In this document: positions 47,150-57,700 of the stretch, in pieces
Layout: every line of letters begins with the position of its first letter
How positions within the stretch are numbered: position 1 is the first letter of the stretch
Origin: Candidatus Brocadiia bacterium
GTDB lineage: Bacteria; Planctomycetota; Brocadiia; CAIUPP01
DNA: 64,000 bases
Direction: 5' to 3'
Assembly (NCBI GenBank): GCA_050015075.1
Contig: JBEKCB010000005.1
Coordinates: 32,001 to 96,000, forward strand
Notes under the pieces: model-generated
Database searches by the model: none
Told to the model about the DNA's origin: nothing
The model's input: only the letters and a program-made list of their open reading frames with translations
Translations under genes and position numbers: made by a program

Positions 47150-48924
47150 CCAATCACGCCCAACTTGATCTTCCTCCCCGCTTCATCGAAGTGGAAATAC
47201 GTAGGCTTGCCGTCCTTGAGTTCGATAATGTAGTTCCCCGGCGAGTCCTCTTCGACAAACGGCAGCCCGCTGAGGTCATTCTTGCCTTCGTCGCTCTCTG
47301 GGTACTCTTTCCGCCATCCGGCAATAATGGAAGCGGCTTCCTTCCTGTATGCAGCCAAGGTCGCAGCCGGATCACCGGCTGGCTTCATCTCATTTAGTCC
47401 CTCAAGAATTTCCCTGTGGTCTGCCACGGCGCGACGCCAATGCACCCTAAGCACCTGTGTCGGGGTTTTCGGCAGAGCCAGATAGACGCAGGCCCCAAGC
47501 AGAGCGGGCGCAAGGAAAACGATCATTATGATTTGGAGTGGAGGTTTAGGTAAAGGCGCCATTTCCGATTGCCCAGACTCGCGGGCTTGCTGTTCAAAAA
47601 CGTTCAAACGGCGCGCAGTCATTGTCAGCACAGCCAACGCGCCGGCCATCACCATCAACGCTATGAAGGTCTTTATTAGAGATTCATCGAACATGAAGAC
47701 GAATGCCAGGATGCCCGCGCCGATAACACCCACGCTGCTCAATAGAATCGCCGCGCCGGCCACGTCCCTTTTCCAACCGGCTGTTCGGCCATGACGATAC
47801 GGCCGGCAATATTTGACCGCGCAGACGATCGAGAGGAGAACAAAGACTCCCGCCGCAATCGGACTCGCCCAGGCCAGCGCCGTCTGCCGCATGTAATAGA
47901 CGGGACGGAACGGCGTCAGCGGCTTCCACGTCAGGTACAGGTCATCTTTCATTTGCTCCGGCGAGAGCGTGGCCGAGAGCGCCGTCAGGGCAAAGAAGCC
48001 TCTGCAGTACGATTGGAGCGCTTCATGCGACAACGGAATGAAGTCATCGCGGTCTTTATTTGCGTCGAAATCGAGGCGCCCAGCCCGCTGGCGCACGAAC
48101 GGCGCCGCGACCGCCTCCTCGTTCCCGACGGCATACAGGTCCAAGGCCACAGGCCCATTTTCGATGCCTGTCAATCGCATGGGATACACGGCGCGGGAGG
48201 TGGCGAAGGTGAAGGAGAGAGGGTGCGCTCGGAACTGTCCAGCCTCGGCAGACTCCCGTCGAAAACGGCCCGCGACAAAGACCCATCCTTCCTTGGCATA
48301 TTGCGTCAGCGCAGCCTGCCTGTCTCTTGCGACCTTGAATCCATTGCTATTGAGCCAGTCGGAGATGTTCTTTCCGTCCGTGCCAGATATCGTCACCGTC
48401 TCGTATAAGCCGACGATCTTTCGATCGAGAACGTTGATGCCACCGGACATCATCGGACTCGGAATCGGGCCTGCGGATCTAAACGCGGAAAACACGAAGC
48501 CCGATAACAGGACCGCCAGGATCACGAAAGTGACCACCGGCCCAGTCCACCGGCCGCTTTCTATGCCCCACCAAATCAGTATTCCGGCCAGGATTCCCAA
48601 TATTGGCAGACCCGGCCAGTCCGAACTGTAGCCTACAAGCCGCGGGCTTGTGATCGCCCGCAGTGTCGGGAAAAGTCCGGGCGTCGCCGCCTCGACTTTC
48701 GGCATGGACGGAACCGGCACGACCCAGGCGAACTCCGTGCCTTCACCTTCGATGGCGGTCTCGATGACCAGCCGCTCCGTCTTGCCGTCGAAGGTGATCA
48801 GCGCGCTCTGGTCGGGGATGCGCGGCTTGGCGATGCCCTGCACAAACACCGTGCCGTCGGCGAACGCGATGGCAGAGGCGCAGCACAGGATTGCGACCGC
48901 GCAGATGAGCCGGCGCACCTTCAT
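47122..48924 (-). CDS. DUF2330-like membrane protein, paralog 1
   Basis: Signal peptide; Q.ALI...ERLVI..FAWVVPVP.P; WL..NGF; Y..EGW.F; HPL.FTF...VYPMRLT; several TM segments. Confidence 0.78.
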   Translation of the reverse strand: MKVRRLICAVAILCCASAIAFADGTVFVQGIAKPRIPDQSALITFDGKTERLVIETAIEGEGTEFAWVVPVPSMPKVEAATPGLFPTLRAITSPRLVGYSSDWPGLPILGILAGILIWWGIESGRWTGPVVTFVILAVLLSGFVFSAFRSAGPIPSPMMSGGINVLDRKIVGLYETVTISGTDGKNISDWLNSNGFKVARDRQAALTQYAKEGWVFVAGRFRRESAEAGQFRAHPLSFTFATSRAVYPMRLTGIENGPVALDLYAVGNEEAVAAPFVRQRAGRLDFDANKDRDDFIPLSHEALQSYCRGFFALTALSATLSPEQMKDDLYLTWKPLTPFRPVYYMRQTALAWASPIAAGVFVLLSIVCAVKYCRPYRHGRTAGWKRDVAGAAILLSSVGVIGAGILAFVFMFDESLIKTFIALMVMAGALAVLTMTARRLNVFEQQARESGQSEMAPLPKPPLQIIMIVFLAPALLGACVYLALPKTPTQVLRVHWRRAVADHREILEGLNEMKPAGDPAATLAAYRKEAASIIAGWRKEYPESDEGKNDLSGLPFVEEDSPGNYIIELKDGKPTYFHFDEAGRKIKLGVIGEVRSKSDE

Positions 48925-48937
48925 CGGCCCCTCAATT

Positions 48938-49005
48938 GGAAGTCGGAAGTGCGAGTGATGAATGATGAAGCACTCCGTCACTCATCACTCTGACTTCTCG
49001 CCTTC
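48938..49005. repeat. Heptamer-periodic palindromic element, family A, copy 5
   Basis: GAAGTCG GAAGTGC GAGTGAT GAATGAT GAAGCAC TCC GTCACTC ATCACTC TGACTTC; contains the paralog 2 stop. Confidence 0.85.
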
Positions 49006-50771
49006 TCCCCGATATCTCCCAACTCGATCTTCCGCCCGTCGCCGTCGAAGTAGAAGTACGTCGGCTTGCCGTCCTTGAGCTCGATGGCGTAGTTCCCCGG
49101 CGAGTCCTCTTCAGCATACGGCAAGCCGCTGAGGTAATTCTTTCCAAGCTCGCTCTGCGGATGCTCTTTCCTCAGTCCGGCAATTATGGACGCGGCTTCC
49201 TTCCTGTACGCGGCCAGGGCCTCAGCCGGATCGTCGCCGGCATTCATCTCACCTAGTTCAATAAACATTTCCTCGTGGGTGAGCCTATTGAGGTCAACAC
49301 GAGAGGCAGCCCTGGGCATCATGAGCACCTGGGCGTCCGGCGCTTTCGGAAGAACCCGGTAGACGAAGATTCCCAGCAGAATGGGCGCAAGCAAGGCGGC
49401 CGTTACGACCCAGGAAGAAAGCGCAGATGGCGGCGCCGCGTCTGATCGCGAAAGCGGCCGCGGTTGCCGTTCAAAGTGGATCCAACCGCGCCAGCCAACT
49501 ACCAGCACAGCCAACGAGCACACGATTACTATTATTATGACGCTGAGCCGTAAGCTGGAGTCGAGTGTCAGACTGAGGATGCCCCAGACGAGACCGACGA
49601 TGCCGACCAGAATCCCCACGGCGGCCAGCGCGCTCTTCCAAAAGATCGCTCCGAGTTGATAGCGTCTGCGGTAATGGACGGCGCAGACGACCGCGAGGAT
49701 AAGAAAACTTCCCGCCGCGATGTGCCAGGCCCATTCGAGCGCGGTCACCTCCATGAAATACACTTGACGGAATGGAGTCAGCGGCTTCCACGCCAGGTAG
49801 AAGTCGTCCTTCATTTGCTCAGGCGAGAGGGTGGCAGAGAGAACGGTCAGGGCGGCGAATCCTTTGCAGTAGGACCGGAGCGTTTCGTGCAACACGGGAA
49901 TGGATTCATCCCGTTCTTCCTGCGGGTTGAAATCAAGACGCGCGGCCCGCCGGCGCGCAAATGGCGCGGCGGCCGCCTCGTCGTTGCCCACGGCATACAG
50001 GTCCACGGCCACAGGCCCGTTCTCGATGCCCGTCAGTCGCATGGGATAGACGGCGCGGGAGGTGGCGAAGGTGAAGGAGATCGGATGGGCGCTGAATCGT
50101 CCGGCTTCGGCCGAGTCCCGCCGGATGCGTCCGGCGACAAACATCCATCCTTCCTTCGCGTATTGCATCAGCGCGTCCTGCTTGCTTGACGGGACCTTGA
50201 ATCCATTGCTGTTCAGCCAGTCGGCGATGTTTTTTCCGTCCGTTCCTGATATCGTCACCGTCTCGTACAGGCCGACAATTTTCCGGTCGAGAACGTTGAC
50301 GCCGCCTGACATCACCCCGCTGACAGAAGTCGGGGCGGCCAGCATCATGCCCGCTAGGATGCACAGGATAAGGCCGATTATCAACGGCGCTATCCACTGG
50401 CCCCGTGCGATGCCCCACCAGATCAGTATTCCAAGCAGCGCCGCCAGTCCCGCCGAGAACCATCGGCGGCCGTCGAATCCAATCAGCCTGTCCCCTGTGA
50501 TTGCGCGCAGCGTGGGGAAAAGGCCGGGCGTCGCCGCTTCGACTTTCGGCATGGACGGAACCGGCACGACCCAGGCGAATTCCATTCCTTCGCCTTCGAC
50601 AGCGGTCTCGATGACCAGCCGCTCCATCTTTCCGTCGAAGGTGATCAGCGCGCTCTGGTCGGGGATGTGAGGCTTGGCGATGCCCTGCACGAAAACCGTG
50701 CCGTCGGCGAATGCGGCAGAAGACGCGCAGCAAAGGATCGCGACCGCGCAGACGAGCCGGCGTATTTTCAT
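48978..50771 (-). CDS. DUF2330-like membrane protein, paralog 2
   Basis: Colinear with paralog 1, with near-identical blocks and divergent TM segments. Confidence 0.78.
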   Translation of the reverse strand: MKIRRLVCAVAILCCASSAAFADGTVFVQGIAKPHIPDQSALITFDGKMERLVIETAVEGEGMEFAWVVPVPSMPKVEAATPGLFPTLRAITGDRLIGFDGRRWFSAGLAALLGILIWWGIARGQWIAPLIIGLILCILAGMMLAAPTSVSGVMSGGVNVLDRKIVGLYETVTISGTDGKNIADWLNSNGFKVPSSKQDALMQYAKEGWMFVAGRIRRDSAEAGRFSAHPISFTFATSRAVYPMRLTGIENGPVAVDLYAVGNDEAAAAPFARRRAARLDFNPQEERDESIPVLHETLRSYCKGFAALTVLSATLSPEQMKDDFYLAWKPLTPFRQVYFMEVTALEWAWHIAAGSFLILAVVCAVHYRRRYQLGAIFWKSALAAVGILVGIVGLVWGILSLTLDSSLRLSVIIIVIVCSLAVLVVGWRGWIHFERQPRPLSRSDAAPPSALSSWVVTAALLAPILLGIFVYRVLPKAPDAQVLMMPRAASRVDLNRLTHEEMFIELGEMNAGDDPAEALAAYRKEAASIIAGLRKEHPQSELGKNYLSGLPYAEEDSPGNYAIELKDGKPTYFYFDGDGRKIELGDIGEKARSQSDE

Positions 50772-50800
50772 CGGCCCCTCACTCTGCACTCCGCACTCTC

Positions 50801-51283
50801 TTACCGTCTTCGCCCGCGCTCGCGGCGGATTTCGCGGTCGGCTTCGCGCTTCTTGATCGTCTCGCGCTTGTCGAACTGCCGCTTGCCGCGCGCGACGGCG
50901 ATGAGCACTTTCGCGATGCCGTGCTTCCAGTAGAGCGAAAGCGGTATGAGCGTGAAGCCGCGCTCGGCCACCTTGCCGATCATCCGGTGTATCTCGCGCC
51001 GGTGCAGGAGCAGCTTGCGCGGGCGCAGCGGCTCGTGGTTGCGGATGTTCGCCTGCGCGTACGGCTTGATGTTCATGCCGAGCAGCCAGACCTCGTCCTC
51101 CTTGGGCCGCGCGAACGCCTCGGCGATGCTCACGTCGCGGTTGCGCAGCGACTTGACCTCGGAGCCGACCAGGCTGATGCCGGCCTCGAACTTCTCGAGA
51201 ATCTCGTACTCAAAACGCGCCTTGCGGTTGGTCGCGATGATGTTCTCTTCGGACGCCGCCGATTTTTTCTCTTTTGCGCTCAT
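50801..51283 (-). CDS. smpB: SsrA-binding protein SmpB
   Basis: NRKARFEY, EAGISLVGSEVKSLR, RKLLLHRREI, GKRQFDKR. Confidence 0.96.
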   Translation of the reverse strand: MSAKEKKSAASEENIIATNRKARFEYEILEKFEAGISLVGSEVKSLRNRDVSIAEAFARPKEDEVWLLGMNIKPYAQANIRNHEPLRPRKLLLHRREIHRMIGKVAERGFTLIPLSLYWKHGIAKVLIAVARGKRQFDKRETIKKREADREIRRERGRRR

Positions 51284-51351
51284 GGCCACAGAATACTAGC
51301 ACGCGCCGCGGCAACCGGCAAGTCCGGACGCGGCAGACTTGACAGAGTTTT

Positions 51352-51427
51352 GGGTGATTGGGAGACTGGGTGATTGGGCGGTTGGGACGCAGGCGTCAAT
51401 CTCCAAATCTCCCAATCTCCCAATTAC
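51352..51427. repeat. Octamer-periodic palindromic element, family C, copy 2
   Basis: GGGTGATT GGGAGACT GGGTGATT GGGCGGTT GG-GACGCAGGCGTC-AATCTCCA AATCTCCC AATCTCCC AATTACC. Confidence 0.85.
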
Positions 51428-51447
51428 CGCTTCGTAAGGAGTCCACG

Positions 51448-51972
51448 ATGAGCGCGAAGGGAAAGACGCCCTCTTCCGCCGAGGCGGTTCGGCGGCGGGC
51501 GATCGAGATGGGCGCCACCGGCGCGAAAATCATTTCTCCCGACAAAGTCTTCACGGCGGCATGGGTCCGGTGGAAGTGCCGGTTCGGCTGCTCCGCCTTC
51601 GGCTCGAGCCGCCTCTGCCCGCCTCATTCGCCGGCGCCGGACGAGACGCGCGCCGTCCTCGACGGCTACCGCCGCGCAGTCCTGATCCATTCGGAGGGAG
51701 AGCTGGACATGCGTCGCACGGTCGCCGCGCTGGAACGCGAGGCTTTCCTTTCCGGCTTCTACAAGGCGTTCGGCTTCGCGTGCGGCCCGTGCGGCCTCTG
51801 CGAGGAATGCGCCGGCGATAAGGCCTGCCGGCACGCCGAACTGGCGCGCCCCGCCATGGAGGCCTGCGGGATTGACGTGTTCGCCACCGCGCGCGCCGCC
51901 GGATTTCCCATCGAGGTCGTCAAGGATTACAAGTGCAGGCAGAATTACTACGGCCTATTGCTGCTGGAGTGA
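51448..51972 (+). CDS. DUF2284 Cys-rich metal-binding protein
   Basis: WVRWKCRFGC..CPP, GPCGLCEEC..CRH..ARPAMEACGIDV; RBS AAGGAG. Confidence 0.85.
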   Translation: MSAKGKTPSSAEAVRRRAIEMGATGAKIISPDKVFTAAWVRWKCRFGCSAFGSSRLCPPHSPAPDETRAVLDGYRRAVLIHSEGELDMRRTVAALEREAFLSGFYKAFGFACGPCGLCEECAGDKACRHAELARPAMEACGIDVFATARAAGFPIEVVKDYKCRQNYYGLLLLE

Positions 51973-52014
51973 CGGATCAGCAGAGCCTCACGAGCGATGG
52001 CCAGAGCAGTGGTT

Positions 52015-52086
52015 AAAAAAAAGAGGGCCTCGCAAGTGAGGGGCAAGTTCCACGGTATTGCGCCGGGAACCACTTGCGGGCCCTCT
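52015..52086 (-). terminator. Intrinsic terminator with long stem and U8 tail on the minus strand
   Basis: Minus strand AGAGGGCCCGCAAGTG...CACTTGCGAGGCCCTCT followed by a T run. Confidence 0.75.
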
Positions 52087-52132
52087 GGATTTCTAGGTCT
52101 TTCTTTCTTCATCCCTCCAGTACGTCGCCTCT
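52015..52132 (-). ncRNA. Candidate small RNA (~118 nt), no family recognised
   Basis: Bounded by a perfect TTGACA-16-TATAAT and the intrinsic terminator; no credible CDS between them. Confidence 0.55.
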
Positions 52133-52138
52133 ATTACT

Positions 52139-52166
52139 ATTATACATGTCACGGCAGGACTGTCAA
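52139..52166 (-). promoter_or_regulatory. Consensus sigma70 promoter
   Basis: Minus strand TTGACA-gtcctgccgtgacatg-TATAAT. Confidence 0.75.
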
Positions 52167-52452
52167 CGTCACATGCGGACTTTCTCCGACCGCAATCATA
52201 ACATGCTGTGTCGCAGCATGATAGGACATCGCAAAATCAGGCGGTACGCTTCGCTTATTTTATTTTGCTTGGGAGAGCAATTTCTGCACAATATTTCTCA
52301 CGTGAATCTCGGGCTGTCCGCCGGCTTCCGCAGCCTGTGTGCAAGCGACGTCGCCTGACCGGCTAAAATTGACATTCGGTCTGCGAAGTTGTTGTAATGG
52401 CGCGCTCGTTCCCTGCAATCGTGGTTGCGTGCCGGAAGGATGTGACCCAGAG

Positions 52453-54636
52453 ATGTCGAAACTCGTCATTGTCGAATCCGCGGCCAAGGCCAAGACCATC
52501 AACAAGTACCTCGGCAAGGAGTACAAAGTCCGCGCGTCGCTCGGGCACGTGCGCGACCTGCCGAAGTCCAAAATGGGAGTGGACATCGCGCACGACTTCG
52601 CCCCGGACTACGTTGTCATCGCCGACCGCAAGAAAATCATCACGGAACTCAAGAAGCTTGCCAAGGACGCCGACGAAGTCTTTCTCGCGACCGACCTCGA
52701 CCGCGAAGGCGAGGCCATCGCCTGGCACCTGGCGTCGGTGCTCAAGCTCCCGAGCGCAAAGACGCGCCGCGTCGTTTTCAACGAGATCACCCAGAAAGCG
52801 ATCCGCGAGGCGTTCCAGAGTCCGTTGGTCATCAACGACAACAAGGTGAACGCGCAGCAGGCGCGGCGGATCCTCGACCGCATCGTCGGCTACCAGCTCA
52901 GCCCGCTGCTCTGGGCCAAAGTCCGGCGCGGGCTCTCCGCCGGCCGCGTGCAGTCGGTCGTCGTCCGCCTGATCGTCGAGCGCGAACGGGAGATTGAAAA
53001 GTTCAGGCCGCAGGAATACTGGGAGATCGCCGCCGACCTCGCGCCGCTGAAGCCGCACTCCGGCGAGCCGGCGAAATTCCGCGCGCAGTTGACGAAGCTC
53101 GACGGCAAGCCCATTTCCACCGTGGTGACCGAGGAGAGCGGCGAGGAACGGACGGCGTTCGCCGTCGCCACCGAGACCCAGGCGAAGCAGCTCGCCGACG
53201 AACTCCGCAGCGCCCGGTTCATGGTCACGCGCTGCGACCGGAAAGAGCGCTCGATGGCCGCCCCGCCGCCGTTCAACACCAGCACGCTCCAGCAGCAGGC
53301 CTCCATCCAGCTCCGCTTCAGCACCCGGAAGACCATGCTCCTCGCCCAGCGGCTGTACGAGGGCGTCGAGTTGGGCCCGGAAGGCGCCGCCGGCCTCATC
53401 ACCTACATGCGAACGGATTCCCTCCACGTGGCCGAGCAGGCCATCGGCGAGTGCCGCGACTTCATCTCCAAACAGTTCTCGAAGGATTACCTTCCCGAAA
53501 AGGCGCTGTTCTACAAATCGGCCAAAGCCGCCCAGGGCGCGCACGAGGCGGTCCGGCCCACCTCCGCCGAGCGCACGCCCGAATCGGTCAAGGCATTCCT
53601 CGAGCCCGACCAGTTCCGTCTCTACGATTTGATCTGGCGGCGCTTCGTCGCCAGCCAGATGAGCCCGGGGCGGCTGGCGGTCGCCGACGTCGAGATCGCC
53701 GCCGGCCGGGCCACGTTCGAGGCGCAGGGCCGCCGGCTCCTTTTCGACGGCCACCTGAAGCTCAGCGGTTTCGACGCGAAGAGCGAGGTCCAGCTGCCGC
53801 CGCTCGAGCCGAACGACCCGTTGAAGCTCCTCGCGCTCGATCCATCGCAGCACTTCACCAAGCCGCCGCCGCGATACTCGGAAGCCGCGCTGGTGAAGAC
53901 GCTCGAGAAACTCGGCATCGGCCGCCCGAGCACCTACGCACCGATCATCTCGACGATCCAGCTCCGCCATTACGTCAAGCTCGAGAAACGCCAGTTCCAC
54001 GCGAGCGAGCTTGGCAAGACGGTGACCGACCAGCTCGTCGGGCACTTCGGCGACATCATGGACGTCCAGTTCACCTCGCACATGGAAGACCGCCTGGATG
54101 AAGTCGAGGAAGCGAAGACCGGCTGGCTCCAGGTGCTGCACGAATTCTACGAGCCGTTTTCGGCGGACCTCAAGAATGCGGAGAAGAACATGCAGCGACC
54201 CACCCCGGAAACCACCGAGCACAAGTGCGAGAAGTGCGGCAAGCCGATGCTCAAGCGCTGGAGCCCGCGCGGCCAGTTCCTGGGCTGCTCCGGCTACCCC
54301 GAATGCCGGTTCACCGTCCCGCTCGACGACGCCGGCCAGCTCGCGCCGCGGCCCGCGCCCGAGCCGACCGACGAAAAATGCGAGAAGTGCGGCTCTCCCA
54401 TGGTCATTCGCACCGGCCGCCACGGCCGATTCATGGCCTGCTCCGCCTATCCCAAGTGCAAGAACACCCGCAACCTCGACACGCCCGTCGAGATCCCCGA
54501 CGCGCTCAAGACCTGTGAGAAGTGCGGCAAGCCCATGGCCGTGCGCCGCAGCAAACGCGGCATGTTCCTCGGCTGCACCGGCTACCCGGAATGCCGCAAC
54601 GCCAAGCCCATGCCCAAGACGCAGGAGGCCAAGTAG
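52453..54636 (+). CDS. topA: DNA topoisomerase I with three C-terminal zinc ribbons
   Basis: LVIVES, SLGHVRDL, ATDLDREGEAI, SAGRVQS, ITYMRTDS, GIGRPSTY, CEKCG repeats. Confidence 0.96.
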   Translation: MSKLVIVESAAKAKTINKYLGKEYKVRASLGHVRDLPKSKMGVDIAHDFAPDYVVIADRKKIITELKKLAKDADEVFLATDLDREGEAIAWHLASVLKLPSAKTRRVVFNEITQKAIREAFQSPLVINDNKVNAQQARRILDRIVGYQLSPLLWAKVRRGLSAGRVQSVVVRLIVEREREIEKFRPQEYWEIAADLAPLKPHSGEPAKFRAQLTKLDGKPISTVVTEESGEERTAFAVATETQAKQLADELRSARFMVTRCDRKERSMAAPPPFNTSTLQQQASIQLRFSTRKTMLLAQRLYEGVELGPEGAAGLITYMRTDSLHVAEQAIGECRDFISKQFSKDYLPEKALFYKSAKAAQGAHEAVRPTSAERTPESVKAFLEPDQFRLYDLIWRRFVASQMSPGRLAVADVEIAAGRATFEAQGRRLLFDGHLKLSGFDAKSEVQLPPLEPNDPLKLLALDPSQHFTKPPPRYSEAALVKTLEKLGIGRPSTYAPIISTIQLRHYVKLEKRQFHASELGKTVTDQLVGHFGDIMDVQFTSHMEDRLDEVEEAKTGWLQVLHEFYEPFSADLKNAEKNMQRPTPETTEHKCEKCGKPMLKRWSPRGQFLGCSGYPECRFTVPLDDAGQLAPRPAPEPTDEKCEKCGSPMVIRTGRHGRFMACSAYPKCKNTRNLDTPVEIPDALKTCEKCGKPMAVRRSKRGMFLGCTGYPECRNAKPMPKTQEAK

Positions 54637-54762
54637 CCGGTCTTCTCACCGCCTCCGCGGCGAAACATATTCCCGGTCTCATCCGCGCCTTGACAGACGG
54701 CGCACGCGGACATACACTCATCGCGCAGGAGTTTCCGTCGCTCGACCTCGCGGAGAGGAACT

Positions 54763-57700
54763 ATGCCGATCCGCTTCCGCTGCAAATGCGGCAAGATCGT
54801 CAAAGTCGAAGAGAAATACGCCGGCCGGCAGGCGACGTGCCCGAACTGCGGCGCGCAATTGCTCGTGCCCAACGCATCAACCGCGTCCGAAGCGCCCGCC
54901 CCGACTGCGAAGGCCGCGCCCGCCGCTCAACCACCCGAACCGTCGGCGCTCGAACTGCAATTGGAGTCCGATAGCCCAAGCCCGGGCGGCAAGCCCGATG
55001 ACGCATCTCAAAACGCGCTGGAATTGGAGTCCGATATCCTCGTCCCGGAGGGCACGCCGGGCGGCGCGCCTGCAAACGGGATGGAATTGGAATCCGACAA
55101 CCTGGACGCGGGCGGCCCGACGAGTGACACCGTTGAAGAGGTGATGGAAGTCGAGGAAGTCGCGCCGGAGTCCGAGATCAGCGAAGTGGTTCCGCTGCCT
55201 GACGATTCCGCTCCGGCGGCGGCGCCGTCCGAGCCGACCTCCGAAAAGGTCTGTCCAAACTGTGGTGTGGCCGTCTCGCCCGACGCACTCAGCTGCGCGG
55301 AGTGCGGCGCCAACCTCATGCCGGAAAAAGCGCCTCCGAAGAAAAAACTCCCGATCCCGAAGGCCCTGCAGACGCTTCGAGAGCACAAGGCTTTCCCGCT
55401 GATCGCGGCCATCGGCGCAGTGGTCCTGATCCTGATTGTGACGGTGGTGGTAGTCGCGGTCCGAAAGCCGAAGAAGCCCGCGTCCGTCACGGTCGCGGAG
55501 TTGCGGCCCAAGGCGCGGTCGGCGGAAGCGCCCAAGAGTGCGGAAAAGCCCAAGCCGACGCCCGAGGTGCAGTTCCATTGGCCGGGCTTCAGCGACCCGG
55601 CGGCCATCGCGCGCGATCGGATTCTGAAGATCGGCCAGGAACTCGCGGCTTATGTGGACAAAAACCACCAACCGCCAGCCACCCTCGCCGAAGCCGGCGT
55701 GGCCGAAGCCGACAGCGCCGACTACACTTACGTCGGCGCGGAGATCGCCGCGCTTCCCCGCTTCCACGCGATGGTGTACGAGGCAAAACCGTCGGCGTCT
55801 TACGAGCCCTATGTGCTCTTCAGCGACGGCAGCGCGCGCCCGGTTCCCGCCGCGCAGATTCCCTCAGTCCTGCTCAGCAAGGCCGGGTCCGGATGGGTGA
55901 CGGCCGCAGATGCCGCCCTGCTGGCGAAAACGGCGCCCGTGATCCGCGTGACGAACGTCCGCTTCGCATCGCTGGAAGTGGCCCTCGACGACAAACCCGC
56001 CGGCGTCGTTCCGCGCGGCGGCGAGTGCGTGATCCCGGCTGTCGCCGGCGCTCATCAGATCACCTTCACCGCCGGCGAACAGAAAGAGAGCTTCCAGGCT
56101 GACCTCAAGCCCGGCATCGCTTATACGTTCATCCATCCGCGGCAGGCCGATCTTCCGTGGATCCCGATGAAGCAATACCGCGCGGGGCTGACGGGACAGT
56201 CAGCGCCGCCGCCGGAGAAGGCTCCGACGCCGGCTGGGCGGGGCGCGACACTGCCGGGCCGGCCCGCGACGCCGACGACGGATCAGTCTTTGACGTTCAC
56301 GGTGGATAAGAAGGAAGGCTTCGCCGTCAAGTCAATCAAGAGTTCCACGGAGACCGTGGATTTCCTCGACAAAGACGGAAGAACCGCGCTGGCGTTGGAT
56401 TTACGCTCGATCGCCGCACGGATCACCCGCGAGAATGAGAACGTGACGATCGAAGGCCCCGGCGCGGATATGCCGATCCTCGTCAACGAGATCGGCCGCC
56501 TCGAGGCCGGCATCGTCAAGTTCAAGGGCGACGTCACCGTGACATTCCGCAAGACGGCGCTCGGCACCCTCCGATGCGAAGAGCTGCCGAATACGGACCC
56601 CGCGGCGGTTTCGCTGCCCGAGGCGAAGCAGGGCAAACCGCCGGCGTCGAACCCCGGGACCACGCCCGCGCCGCGACCGTCTTTCCCAAGCGTGACCTTC
56701 ACTCTATTTCCGGATTGCCAGGTCCTCGCCGGCGCGCTCTCGTCCTCGGCGCCCGCCGCCGTCCAGTTGCTCCTGCAACGCGCGCAGGTGGAGCCGAACC
56801 CCACCGAGGCCGCGCCCGGCCGCGAAACGCCGCCAACCAATGTCGAGCCGCTCCCGAACGGGCCGCCACAGGGCCGCCGCGGAATGCCGCCGGGCGGCTT
56901 CGGGCCGGGCGGCTTCGGGCGGGGCGGCGCCGGGCGAGGCCAGCGCCCGCAGGACGCTTTAGCGGCGCCTGCCAAGCCGCCGGTAGAGGTCGGCGGTGAG
57001 CGGCCCGTGCACCCGCCGCAGGAGATCTCCGCGTCGCTCGTTTACGCCGCTCTCGCGCTCTACGGCGATCCCTCGGCGTTTGACGCGCTCAAGGCGCAGG
57101 TTGAGAAGATGCCGGCCGAATCGGCCAAATCGCCGGCCTATGCTTCGCTCCTGCTGGCGCTGGCCCGGTCCGGGGGAATGTCGGCCCTGTCCGATCTGCG
57201 GACCGCTTCGGCCAATGCGCCCGCCTCCGCGGTCATCGCCCTCTCTATGATTGACGACCCCGCAGCCCGGCAGGCACTGAACGAAATCCTCGCCAAGTGC
57301 ACTCCCGCCGAAATCGTACAGGCCGTGGACGAGTGGCCGGTCGTCGCCGGCCCGGCCTGCCGCATCACGTTCATAGAGACTCTCGCCTCGGCCAAGCCGG
57401 CGCTGCTTGACGACATGGCCGTCCTCAATGCCCTGATGAAGCTCGATCCCTTCACCCTCGAGCGCGCGCTGGCCGCGCGGCTTGCGGCCGAGTCCGTCGA
57501 GGCGGCGCCCGAGCCGCCCGCGACGCCACAGCCGCCTTCGCCGCCTCAGCCGCCTTCGCCGGCGGGGCGCGGGCGCGGTCCGATGGGCAGAGGACGCGGG
57601 CCCATGCCGGAGATGAACAGGTCGGGGCCGATGCCGGGGATGAACAGACAAGGGCCGACGCCGGCGGAGGCCGCCGCCTTCCGCTCGCCCGCGCCGCCCT

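Noticed and set aside
47122-50771. Diversity-generating retroelement (TR/VR pair) behind the DUF2330 similarity
   Set aside because: Both copies are full-length genes, differences are not adenine-specific, and there is no reverse transcriptase in the window.
50780-52450. tmRNA gene near smpB
   Set aside because: No tRNA-like ends or tag ORF, and no intergenic space with those features.
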